From: Candidatus Fermentibacteraceae bacterium
GTDB lineage: Bacteria; Fermentibacterota; Fermentibacteria; Fermentibacterales; JCC-6
Direction: 5' to 3'
Length of the DNA: 64,000 nt
Assembly: GCA_041750285.1 (NCBI GenBank)
Contig: JBGSZS010000008.1
Location: 64,001-128,000 of the forward strand
Numbering within the stretch: the first letter of the stretch is position 1; the number at the start of each line of letters is the position of its first letter. The position numbers and the translations under genes are program-made. Below the pieces are notes generated by a model, which did not search any database, had not been told where the DNA came from, and saw only the letters and a program-made list of their open reading frames with translations. Of the stretch, positions 27,643 through 35,694 are shown piece after piece.

Positions 27643-28630
27643 TACGGGCCTCCAGGGTCTCCACGAACGCCTGGAGCCGGACGGAGGACCGTCCCCGCTC
27701 CCCCGGGGAAAGGTCGCTCGAAAGCACCAGCACCGGGAACGGCATCCGGCGGAACCTCTCCTTCTCGGTGTGCCAGAGGTCGCAGAAGGAAAGGGTCTTG
27801 AGAACAAGGCCGTGGCAGCCGGAATCGACGACCTGCCCGGCAATCCACTCAAGAACCCCGTGGTTCGGCCGGTTACGTATGCAGCGGGCATCGTTGAACG
27901 ATGCGAGCGCGAGTTCCCGGATGGAACCGTCCGCCGGGACCGTTGACGGAAGCCCGGAAAGACCCGTACATCCAAGGGGAAGGTAACCCGCTCCGAGTTC
28001 CGCAAGGGTGCCCGGTACAACATCATCACCCCGGGCCATGACACTTCCCGTAACAGCGATCCTGACCCCGGGCGTCCGGCTTTCAAGGGCAACCTCCCGC
28101 GGGAAGGTATTCCCTGCGAAAAAACCGAGGAACAGCTCCTGAAGGATCAGCGGCGGTACCCGGAATGAGAGGGCCGCCGCCCGAAGCACGGCAGCCCCCC
28201 TGAGACGTTCGGTCTCCCATGCAAGGGCCGCCACGGGGTCATATCCTGAGGAGAAACCGGCTTTGACGACCTCCAATGCAAGGTTCTCTACTGAGTCGCA
28301 GAACCAGCCCGCTGACTCGGCAGTCCTTGTGGCGGGGAACTGAAGCAGGAAGACCTTTTTGCCCGACAGGCGTTCGAGTTCCTGAAAGAGGCGCCTGGTC
28401 ATGTCGCAGGTGTACATCCCCGCCCATGCGTCCACCGAACCGAATCCCTCAGAACAGGTCACGATACCGCCGAGCACCGATTTTACGAAGGGGCAGAGGT
28501 CGGGGCGGACAAGGGCTTCCCCTGCCCTCTCCGGGCCCGCAACCACGCCACGCCACGGCTGGAGCCCAAGGCCCACAGCAACAGCCGGGGGAAAGCCACG
28601 GCAGAGGTAACCAAGAACGGGCTGGTTTAT
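27635..28630 (-). CDS. 2-hydroxyacyl-CoA dehydratase family subunit, probably with non-canonical ATA start
   Basis: PDLCPFVKS, YTCDMTRR, SFCDLW; family-like N-terminus VLGYLC..FP lies upstream of the GTG at 28576; AGGAG RBS precedes ATA at 28630. Confidence 0.75.
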   Translation of the reverse strand: MNQPVLGYLCRGFPPAVAVGLGLQPWRGVVAGPERAGEALVRPDLCPFVKSVLGGIVTCSEGFGSVDAWAGMYTCDMTRRLFQELERLSGKKVFLLQFPATRTAESAGWFCDSVENLALEVVKAGFSSGYDPVAALAWETERLRGAAVLRAAALSFRVPPLILQELFLGFFAGNTFPREVALESRTPGVRIAVTGSVMARGDDVVPGTLAELGAGYLPLGCTGLSGLPSTVPADGSIRELALASFNDARCIRNRPNHGVLEWIAGQVVDSGCHGLVLKTLSFCDLWHTEKERFRRMPFPVLVLSSDLSPGERGRSSVRLQAFVETLEARNA

Positions 28631-29430
28631 GAGCGCTCCTTCACGGCAACGAACCGTCCCCTGCCGAAGTTCCCGGCACGCGCCTTCTCAAGCATGAAAC
28701 CGAACTCGGCACCGAGGAATGCGAAGACATCAGGGTTCCAGCCCAGTATCCGCATCGCGTCGAAGTGCCTCTGGCCCGCGAGCTGCCCAAGGTAGTTCTG
28801 AATGTGATCGGCGAAATCCGCCGTATGATCGGATACCTCCAGCACCCTGAACCCGTTCTCCTGGAGAAGCGTGGTGTAACCCTTGATGCAGAGCATGTCG
28901 GGGAACTTCATCACAGAACAGATGCGCCGGGCCGAATCCTCGTCCATCCCCGCGGGGCCGATCAGCCAGTCCGTGAAGGCGATCTTCCCGCCGGGGCGCA
29001 GCACCCTTGCGGCCTCGGAGATGAGCCGGGCCTTGTCCTCAACGTAGCACCAGGCGTCCTCGCCCCACACGCCGTCGAATCGCGCGTCGGGGTAGGGGAT
29101 CGCAGTGACGTCGCCAAGCTTGACCTCGCAGTTGCCAAAGCCCGCCTCGGAAAGCCTTTTTTGGGACTCGTCCACCATGTGGGGGGTTGCATCAACGCCG
29201 TACGCCTTCACGCCGTATGTTCTGGCCAGGAAGTGCATGCCGGCCCCCAGGGCCGAGCAGAGGTCTACCACTTCATCCCCGGCCTTCCATCCCGCTATGT
29301 CTCCCAGGGCTTTCGAGCTTGCGTACCCTCCGACATGGATCTGCTCGCCCATGATGAGCTCCCACAGCCTGCCCTCAAAGCCGCTGTAGACTTCTTTGAC
29401 ATTCTCAAGGGTCATTCCGGTTTTCTGCAT
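28627..29430 (-). CDS. Class I SAM-dependent methyltransferase
   Basis: GEQIHVGG, VVDLCSALGAG (motif I variant), GDVTAIPYPDARFD, ARVLRPGG. Confidence 0.9.
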   Translation of the reverse strand: MQKTGMTLENVKEVYSGFEGRLWELIMGEQIHVGGYASSKALGDIAGWKAGDEVVDLCSALGAGMHFLARTYGVKAYGVDATPHMVDESQKRLSEAGFGNCEVKLGDVTAIPYPDARFDGVWGEDAWCYVEDKARLISEAARVLRPGGKIAFTDWLIGPAGMDEDSARRICSVMKFPDMLCIKGYTTLLQENGFRVLEVSDHTADFADHIQNYLGQLAGQRHFDAMRILGWNPDVFAFLGAEFGFMLEKARAGNFGRGRFVAVKERS

Positions 29431-29481
29431 TGCGCCCTCCAAGCTGCCGGGGTTCCGGCGTTGCGGCGGAGAGCGGAGAGG

Positions 29482-29577
29482 TTACGGAACGCGTCCCTGC
29501 ACTCCACCTGTGCCCGGGTTCCCACGGAACCCGTTAAAGGTTCCTCAGGTCCGCGATACGATGGTGTGCAGGTTCAT
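29482..29577 (-). CDS. Putative leader peptide with in-frame UGA (Sec): MNLHTIVSRT-U-GTFNGFRGNPGTGGVQGRVP
   Basis: GAAGGGA RBS, ATG 29577, TGA codon 11 (29545-29547), hairpin 11 nt downstream, TAA at 29482-29484. Confidence 0.55.
29515..29533 (-). promoter_or_regulatory. SECIS-like hairpin
   Basis: CGGGUUCC-GUG-GGAACCCG, a perfect 8-bp stem starting 11 nt after the UGA, with G first in the loop. Confidence 0.55.
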
Positions 29578-29608
29578 CAATTCCCTTCCGTACGGGTAAG
29601 TTTTTCGA

Positions 29609-29637
29609 ACACTACGGAAAGACCGGGGGTTGGTCAA
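29609..29637 (-). promoter_or_regulatory. Sigma70-like promoter of the methyltransferase/dehydratase operon
   Basis: TTGACC-17 nt-TAGTGT on the minus strand. Confidence 0.55.
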
Positions 29638-29689
29638 GAGGGTCGAACACCGTATTCCGGCATCCGACCCTCAAGTTCAACAACCGAAC

Positions 29690-31369
29690 CTAGAGCAGTA
29701 TCATCCGTGACACAAAAACCCTGGAACCGTTCTCCATCCTCACGAGGTAAACGCCAGGCGGGACCGAGCCGGACCTGTTCCAGGAGACCGACGCGCCCTC
29801 CGCCCCCAGAACCGTGCCAAGGCTGTCAACGAGCCGTCCGGAGAGGTCGTAGATCCGAACAAAGGCAGTCTCTCCCGCAACCCCGCCCAGAACAAAGCTC
29901 ACCGCTCCCCTGGAGGGGTTAGGTGTTACTCGAAGGAACCCGGAGCACGAACCGGGGTCAACGCCCAGGTACTGACCCATGGTGCCATCGGACTGGATGT
30001 TCTGGGCGTAGACGCCGCCGTCACTCCTGAAGTCGGTCCAGGCATAGTAGGCGCCGCCATCGTATCCCGGGCACACCACGGGGTCGTCCTTGCCCCCGAG
30101 GCTTCCCGCCGAAAGCGAGACCGGCCCCCACAGGACCGTTCCATCGAAGCCAAGCTTCAGGACCTTGAGGGATGTGTTCGACGAATTGATGAAGTAGGAG
30201 ACGAAGATCCCGTCTGTTGACGCCATGGCAGTAACGAAGGCAGTCTGCTCCGCCCCGAGCGGAAGAAGCTCGAGGCCGCTGTCCGTCCACAACCGATCCC
30301 CTGTTTCAGAGAACTTCTGTCCGTAGACACCGTACATGTTCTGGTTGGCGTTGCTCTCCACCCAGAAGACAAAGCATTCGCCCGCGGTGTTCATCACCGC
30401 CGAGGGGCTCATGTGCAGCCTGTCCTCGGAAAAAGTCGAGGCCTGGGCGCCGTTGAAGGGGAAAAGGTTGATGCCCTGGCTGTCGAGGTGCTGCACCCAC
30501 ACATCGAACGCGTTCACAGTGGGTGAATCGTACCAGAAGCAAACAGCCCCGTCTGAACCATCCCCGATGATCCCCGGGAAGGTCCATGGGGTAATGGCGC
30601 CGGTGTTGTAGACAAGGACCGGCGAGTCGCTCCAGGTGCCCTCTCCGTTCACATCGAGCATGTCCGCGTAGAGGTGGGTCACCGTCATGGGGTATGACCC
30701 GGTCGAGCTTTTCCAGAGAACTATGACGCTGTCCTGGCCCGAGGCAACCATGGCCGGCGAGGAAAGGTCCGCCGAAGCGCTCGACAGGACAAGACCGTAG
30801 TCTCCCCACAGTTTCTCGCCCGAAGGGGAGAGCTTCTGGAAGACGAGGTAGTCGGTGTCTTCGGACTTGCCCCAGGCAAAAACGCAGTTCCCCTGATCCG
30901 TCACCGCGACCACGGGGTTCGGCTCAAACCCCGGAACCGAAGGGTTCGAGAGGCAAATTCCATCGTCCCCCCACAGGAACTCCCCCGAACTGCTTACCTT
31001 GTAGACCGAGACGTCCAGTTCGCCCGAGCCGTTCCTCTCGTCCGAAAACGCCAGAACTGCGTTGTCCGACCCGTCGACGGCCATAGAGTAGTCTACGATC
31101 CAGCTCATCTGGGGCTGGTCGCTCACAAGAATCCCGTCATCCCCAAGCTGGGGATTGCCCTGGTAATCCAAACGCTGAAGGTAGACGCAGTAGCTCCCCG
31201 ACCTGGTATCGAACCAGGAGATGAAGCACCCGCCGTCTGATGTGGGAACGATCTTTGGAAGAACCTGCTCACCCGAAAGGTCACAGATCGTGAGATTCAG
31301 GGTGGAATCAGGGCTCCACTGGCCGAGAAGAAGTGATGGAAGAAGGAACAACCACGGAAAGGCTCTCAT
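29690..31369 (-). CDS. Secreted repeat (beta-propeller-like) protein with T9SS-like C-terminal domain
   Basis: Signal peptide; recurring DGxGG..W.D/VYxQ..D..G...WG units; C-terminal VTPNPS...IYDLSGRLV. Confidence 0.75.
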   Translation of the reverse strand: MRAFPWLFLLPSLLLGQWSPDSTLNLTICDLSGEQVLPKIVPTSDGGCFISWFDTRSGSYCVYLQRLDYQGNPQLGDDGILVSDQPQMSWIVDYSMAVDGSDNAVLAFSDERNGSGELDVSVYKVSSSGEFLWGDDGICLSNPSVPGFEPNPVVAVTDQGNCVFAWGKSEDTDYLVFQKLSPSGEKLWGDYGLVLSSASADLSSPAMVASGQDSVIVLWKSSTGSYPMTVTHLYADMLDVNGEGTWSDSPVLVYNTGAITPWTFPGIIGDGSDGAVCFWYDSPTVNAFDVWVQHLDSQGINLFPFNGAQASTFSEDRLHMSPSAVMNTAGECFVFWVESNANQNMYGVYGQKFSETGDRLWTDSGLELLPLGAEQTAFVTAMASTDGIFVSYFINSSNTSLKVLKLGFDGTVLWGPVSLSAGSLGGKDDPVVCPGYDGGAYYAWTDFRSDGGVYAQNIQSDGTMGQYLGVDPGSCSGFLRVTPNPSRGAVSFVLGGVAGETAFVRIYDLSGRLVDSLGTVLGAEGASVSWNRSGSVPPGVYLVRMENGSRVFVSRMILL

Positions 31370-31458
31370 GGCGACCCCCGATCATGTTCAAACCACCCCG
31401 CAGCACTCTGCAGAACACCCGGCATGAGATACAAAAAACCGGAGGATCAGACAATGGA

Positions 31459-32241
31459 TCAAGGCGAACTGCTCTTCACTCCCATGGTGCCACGCAGCTC
31501 TTCCGCGAGTTGGGAGTACCTTTCCCGGGCTTCCAGGAACTTGCTGCGGAGGTCATCGGACGACTTCACCAGAAGAAGCCTTTCCACAAGCGCCGCGTCT
31601 TCGGGTGGATAATCACGGTAGGCGTATCGAAGACCGAAGTCCACCTTTTGCGGCCGGTGCCTGAGGTTCAGCATCACACCAAGGTTCCTGACGATGTACT
31701 GGTAGTAGAATGGAAAAGCTTCGGAGACCCTGTCTCTGGCCAGAGCCTTCCCCACCTCGATCTCCAGCACGAAACCCTGTTCAAGCGCTGTCGCATAGAA
31801 CTTCCGTGCCTTTTCGAGAACCTGTTCAGGGGGTGTCGGGGCGGTGTCGACGATGGGTTCCTTCTCGAACCAGACCACTGCTTCACCATGACGGTCGCGA
31901 GCGGTGAACCTGTCGTGGACGGATCTTCTGATGAAGGCCAGGTCCAGATAGTAGAACTCAGGGGTATCCGACAGAAGGTAGAAGATCTGGGAGAACCCGT
32001 GCCAGGCTGGTTCGGGCATCCTGAGCCTCTTGAGTATGCCGTACCGTTCACCAAGAAATCCATCCAACTGTGAGATGACTGCCTCAATGGAATCGTCTCT
32101 GCACGCGATCGACAGATCCAGGTCAGAGTACACGTCCTTATACCCGGTGGCGGCGGAGCCACCCTCCCAGGCCGCGATGACCTCGTCTCGCCCTGAAAGG
32201 AAGCTCTTCAGTTCACTTGTTACCTGTTCGGGGGTGTTCAT
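31459..32241 (-). CDS. Pol-beta-superfamily nucleotidyltransferase
   Basis: WEGGSAATGYKDVYSDLDL (GS..DxD). Confidence 0.8.
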   Translation of the reverse strand: MNTPEQVTSELKSFLSGRDEVIAAWEGGSAATGYKDVYSDLDLSIACRDDSIEAVISQLDGFLGERYGILKRLRMPEPAWHGFSQIFYLLSDTPEFYYLDLAFIRRSVHDRFTARDRHGEAVVWFEKEPIVDTAPTPPEQVLEKARKFYATALEQGFVLEIEVGKALARDRVSEAFPFYYQYIVRNLGVMLNLRHRPQKVDFGLRYAYRDYPPEDAALVERLLLVKSSDDLRSKFLEARERYSQLAEELRGTMGVKSSSP

Positions 32242-32277
32242 TCAAGGCACTCCTTCAAAACAGTCCAAAACGAACGA

Positions 32278-33231
32278 TCAGCCCTTGAAAACCTCTTCGG
32301 CATGCCACGCCAGTTTGTCGCGGTCGGGGCGCCAGCCCGCATTGGCAGGCAGTACAATGCCGGTTCCGTTCATTTCGTAGTAGCTCCGGCCGTTGCTGAA
32401 CTCCTCCCTCAGCCTGTCCCCGACCCTGAAGACGTAGTCCGGCGTAACTGTAACGTAGCCACGGTCGTAAAGGCTGTGAAGGTCACGGCGCAGGAGTATA
32501 CCGTTGTCTATCCGGTGTTCGCCGCCCAGTCCGTACGGTTTTATGTGCGCGGCCTCGAGAACCGGCATCGAGTGCTCCCGTGTCACTGCACAAGCGCCAC
32601 CGTAGGCTTCACGAACCGCAATGCTGAAAAGCCCCTGACCAAGGCGGGGATGCACGGTTACCCCGGCGCCGAACCTTTCCGCACCCTCGGCCACGAGTGA
32701 AGGCGACCGTTCGACGTTCCAGTACACTGCACCCGCGCTTGCCCGGTCGAGACACTGGGTGAGGACACGAAGACCTTCACCGGTTTGGGTTTGGTATGTC
32801 TTTCCCTGCTGGATCCCGGTACGGGCCCAATCGGAAGGCGGCATGATCCATTGCTCCCGCGGAAAGAACACCGGCGCAGCTATCATGATGCACCCTATCA
32901 TGAAATCGCCGGAGCGCTCAAGGCGGCTTCCTCCCCCCCGCAGACGAAGGATTCGGTCGAGCATTCCCTGAAAGTCTGACGCCCCGTTCATTTCTCCGAA
33001 GCAGTCCCATGCGAGCCAAGCGGGAAGTACCTCGAACCGTTCGAAGAATCCGAAACCGACTATCGCCTTCTCGGGAGCGCGAAGCTTGAAGATGAAGGGA
33101 TCACCCTTCTGGAGGGCTCGAAAAGCCCTTCCGCCGTGGGGCTGCCAGAAGTTGACCTCGTCCACCCGTGACTTGCCTGCAAGGAACGAGTACCACTCCG
33201 GATCGGTCAGCGCGATGTATCCCGACGGCAT
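32278..33231 (-). CDS. HNH endonuclease (putative restriction-type)
   Basis: TDPEWY...EVNFWQP N-terminal domain; RLGQGLF, CAVT, LEAAHIKPY, NGILLRRDLHSLYD. Confidence 0.88.
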   Translation of the reverse strand: MPSGYIALTDPEWYSFLAGKSRVDEVNFWQPHGGRAFRALQKGDPFIFKLRAPEKAIVGFGFFERFEVLPAWLAWDCFGEMNGASDFQGMLDRILRLRGGGSRLERSGDFMIGCIMIAAPVFFPREQWIMPPSDWARTGIQQGKTYQTQTGEGLRVLTQCLDRASAGAVYWNVERSPSLVAEGAERFGAGVTVHPRLGQGLFSIAVREAYGGACAVTREHSMPVLEAAHIKPYGLGGEHRIDNGILLRRDLHSLYDRGYVTVTPDYVFRVGDRLREEFSNGRSYYEMNGTGIVLPANAGWRPDRDKLAWHAEEVFKG

Positions 33232-33318
33232 TACACCCCCCGGCGACGGAAAACAAACCAAACGCATTGACCCGTGGAGAATAGCGCCCCGGGAACGAAT
33301 GGTCAACGAAGAGGTGAA

Positions 33319-33375
33319 TCACGAAAGTCGTACGAGTTTTGTGGGATTTCTCACAAAAGTAAACGACTTATGTGA
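33319..33375. repeat. Long imperfect AT-rich palindrome
   Basis: TCAC-GA-AAGTCGT-n5-TTTTGTG-n8-CACAAAA-n4-ACGACTT-AT-GTGA. Confidence 0.7.
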
Positions 33376-33457
33376 GAAGATCAACATTGCCTGTGTTCAC
33401 AGGAAGGTCTGAAAGCCGTTAAACTCAAAGCGAATAACATCATCCGACTTGCTGTGT

Positions 33458-34147
33458 CTACGGCAGGTAATCGTCTATCATCGCCTTCCATCCGGTCCCT
33501 TCCCTGCTGAAGTGGGCGTAGAAGAACCTCCCGTACATCTCGCCCGACATTATGAACTTGGTCTGGCCCTCATTGGCGCTCCGGACTCCTGCGTTCCAGC
33601 TCATGGGGTGGGGAACGAAGAAGCCGCCCGAAATTGGGTCTTTCCATCCGGTTGACGGGAACTGGGGAAAGGGGCACGGGAGAGATCCTGCCGTTGTTTG
33701 CACGGGGGCCTGTTTCTTCGGTGGTTCAGGCTTGACAGCCTCCTGCGGCGCCGGCTTCCTTTTCGCATCCATTGCGCCGATGGCGAAAGGGATGACGGCA
33801 ATGAGGCAAAGCGCCCCCAGGGCGACAAGCACGCCCCTGCATCCCGTCGTCATTCCCGAAAGCAGTGCCACCGTGATAAGAACAAGGCCAAGAATCGCCA
33901 TGCAGCCGGCAGTCCTGGCATTGTCCTGCGGTGTGGGCTCCTTGTGAACCTGCGGAGCTTTCCGGCCCGTGTAAACGTTCCTGCCGCACTTCGGGCAGAT
34001 GTCGTTTGCGAACTCGGAGGAGGCGCCGTTGTATCCGCAGTTGCGGCAGCGAACACCGCTGAAGGCAACACCGCAGTGCGGGCACCGTGAATCGGAACGG
34101 CCGGTGGGTTTTCCGCACCTTCCGCAGGTATACAGGGCTTGGTTCAT
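33458..34147 (-). CDS. Double zinc-ribbon membrane protein
   Basis: Four CxxC pairs, then two TM helices and a Pro-rich tail. Confidence 0.7.
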   Translation of the reverse strand: MNQALYTCGRCGKPTGRSDSRCPHCGVAFSGVRCRNCGYNGASSEFANDICPKCGRNVYTGRKAPQVHKEPTPQDNARTAGCMAILGLVLITVALLSGMTTGCRGVLVALGALCLIAVIPFAIGAMDAKRKPAPQEAVKPEPPKKQAPVQTTAGSLPCPFPQFPSTGWKDPISGGFFVPHPMSWNAGVRSANEGQTKFIMSGEMYGRFFYAHFSREGTGWKAMIDDYLP

Positions 34148-34323
34148 CTAGGGCCGCCTCCCTGCATGTCAATGGGTTGCCCCCGTTTCACAGGCTCCTA
34201 TTCTAAAAGAGAATCCAGCTTGAAGTAACCCTGCACTCCATGGCACCACCCTCCCCATCCATTGCTCCGAAGTGGTAGATTCAGGATATTGAATCTCTTT
34301 CCTTTTCCATGGAGGGTCTGGCA

Positions 34324-35679
34324 ATGGTTCAGCGCACCGGTATAGACAAGGTACTCTCCGGTGGATTCACCGGAACGGCAGTCACGGTTTACGGATGGGT
34401 CAGGACTTCCCGCTCGGGGAAGAACGTGGCCTTTGCCGCGCTGAATGACGGTTCCTCCGTTCAGAACCTCCAGGCCGTGTTCGACCGTGAGGTGTTCGAT
34501 GACGAGGCCCTTGCGGGGCTTCAGGCGGGGGCGTGCGTTCGCGTCACGGGAACCGTCGTCGAAAGCTCCGGCGAACAGGCTGTTGAGCTTGCGGCTTCAT
34601 CCCTTGAAGTGGTTGGTCCTGTGGATGCCGAGTACCCCCTTCAGAAAAAAAGGCACGGTCTCGACTTCCTTCGCACCATGCCCCACCTCCGCTCCCGGAC
34701 CAACACCTTCGGCGCGGTCTTCAGGATGAGCCATCACCTGTCCCTGGCCATCCACAGGTTCTTCGACACCGAGGGCTTCTACCACGTACACACCCCCATC
34801 ATCACCGAAAGCGACTGCGAGGGCGCGGGAGAGACCTTTCGTGTCACCACTCTTCCCGCTGGTTCCGCCGATTTCGATCAGGACTACTTCCGGCGCAGGG
34901 CATTCCTCTCCGTCAGCGGCCAGCTCGAAGCCGAACCGTTCGCCCTGTCGCTCGGGAAGGTCTACACATTCGGCCCCACGTTCAGGGCCGACCCTTCCGA
35001 CACCAGGACCCACGTGGCAGAGTTCTGGATGATAGAACCCGAGATGGCTTTCCACGACCTCGACGACAACATCTCGCTCATCGAGAGGTTCGTGAAGTTC
35101 TGCGCAGCGTACCTTCGTGAGAAGTGCTCCTCCGACATCGCCTTTTTCTCCGAGCACTACGAGAAGGGGCTTGCGGACCGTTACAAAACGCTGGAGGAGG
35201 GTTTTGCACGGGTCAGCTACACCGAGGCCATCAGCATTCTGGGCGCGACCTCCGGTGTTTTCTCCTCCGTTCCCGCGTGGGGAGACGATCTGGCAACCGA
35301 GCACGAGCGCTACCTGGCGGAGAAACACTTCGGCCGCCCGGTGTTCGTGACAGATTACCCCGCTTCCATGAAGCCCTTCTACATGTTCATGAACCCCGAC
35401 GGCAAGACAGTGGCGGCATGCGACCTGCTGGTTCCCGGGGTGGGAGAGATAGTCGGGGGAAGCCAGAGGGAACACCGGCTTCCCGTCCTTACCGACAGGG
35501 CAGTTGCCCAGGGGCTGGATCTTTCGGTTTACGCCTGGTACCTCGAGCTTCGCAGGTGGGGTTCCGCCCCCCATGCCGGCTTTGGTCTTGGATTTGAACG
35601 GCTGTTGATGTATCTGACGGGAATGGACAACATACGCGACGTCATCCCCTTCCCGCGCACATTCGGAAAAATGTACTAG
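34324..35679 (+). CDS. asnS: Asparagine--tRNA ligase
   Basis: OB fold VYGWVR, LNDGS; SDCEGAGETF, YTFGPTFRA, EFWMIEPE, GFGLGFERL. Confidence 0.96.
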   Translation: MVQRTGIDKVLSGGFTGTAVTVYGWVRTSRSGKNVAFAALNDGSSVQNLQAVFDREVFDDEALAGLQAGACVRVTGTVVESSGEQAVELAASSLEVVGPVDAEYPLQKKRHGLDFLRTMPHLRSRTNTFGAVFRMSHHLSLAIHRFFDTEGFYHVHTPIITESDCEGAGETFRVTTLPAGSADFDQDYFRRRAFLSVSGQLEAEPFALSLGKVYTFGPTFRADPSDTRTHVAEFWMIEPEMAFHDLDDNISLIERFVKFCAAYLREKCSSDIAFFSEHYEKGLADRYKTLEEGFARVSYTEAISILGATSGVFSSVPAWGDDLATEHERYLAEKHFGRPVFVTDYPASMKPFYMFMNPDGKTVAACDLLVPGVGEIVGGSQREHRLPVLTDRAVAQGLDLSVYAWYLELRRWGSAPHAGFGLGFERLLMYLTGMDNIRDVIPFPRTFGKMY

Positions 35680-35694
35680 AAGGCTGGTGTTCCG

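Noticed and set aside
27643..28092. 150-aa N-terminal extension of the 622-aa ORF
   Set aside because: Overlaps the real upstream dehydratase-family gene in another frame; the start at 27642 is coupled to its stop
29560..29600. Loose resemblance of CTTACC...GAAGGGA...GATGAACC to a SAM-I riboswitch upstream of a methyltransferase
   Set aside because: Lacks the AUC/GAU P1 core, GCAACC and GUGC-AA-UCC elements; the leader-ORF model fits better
31459..33231. Nucleotidyltransferase + HNH as a CBASS-like system
   Set aside because: The NTase looks like a small aminoglycoside/lincosamide-type enzyme, and the HNH protein shows no SAVED/CARF domain; adjacency alone is insufficient
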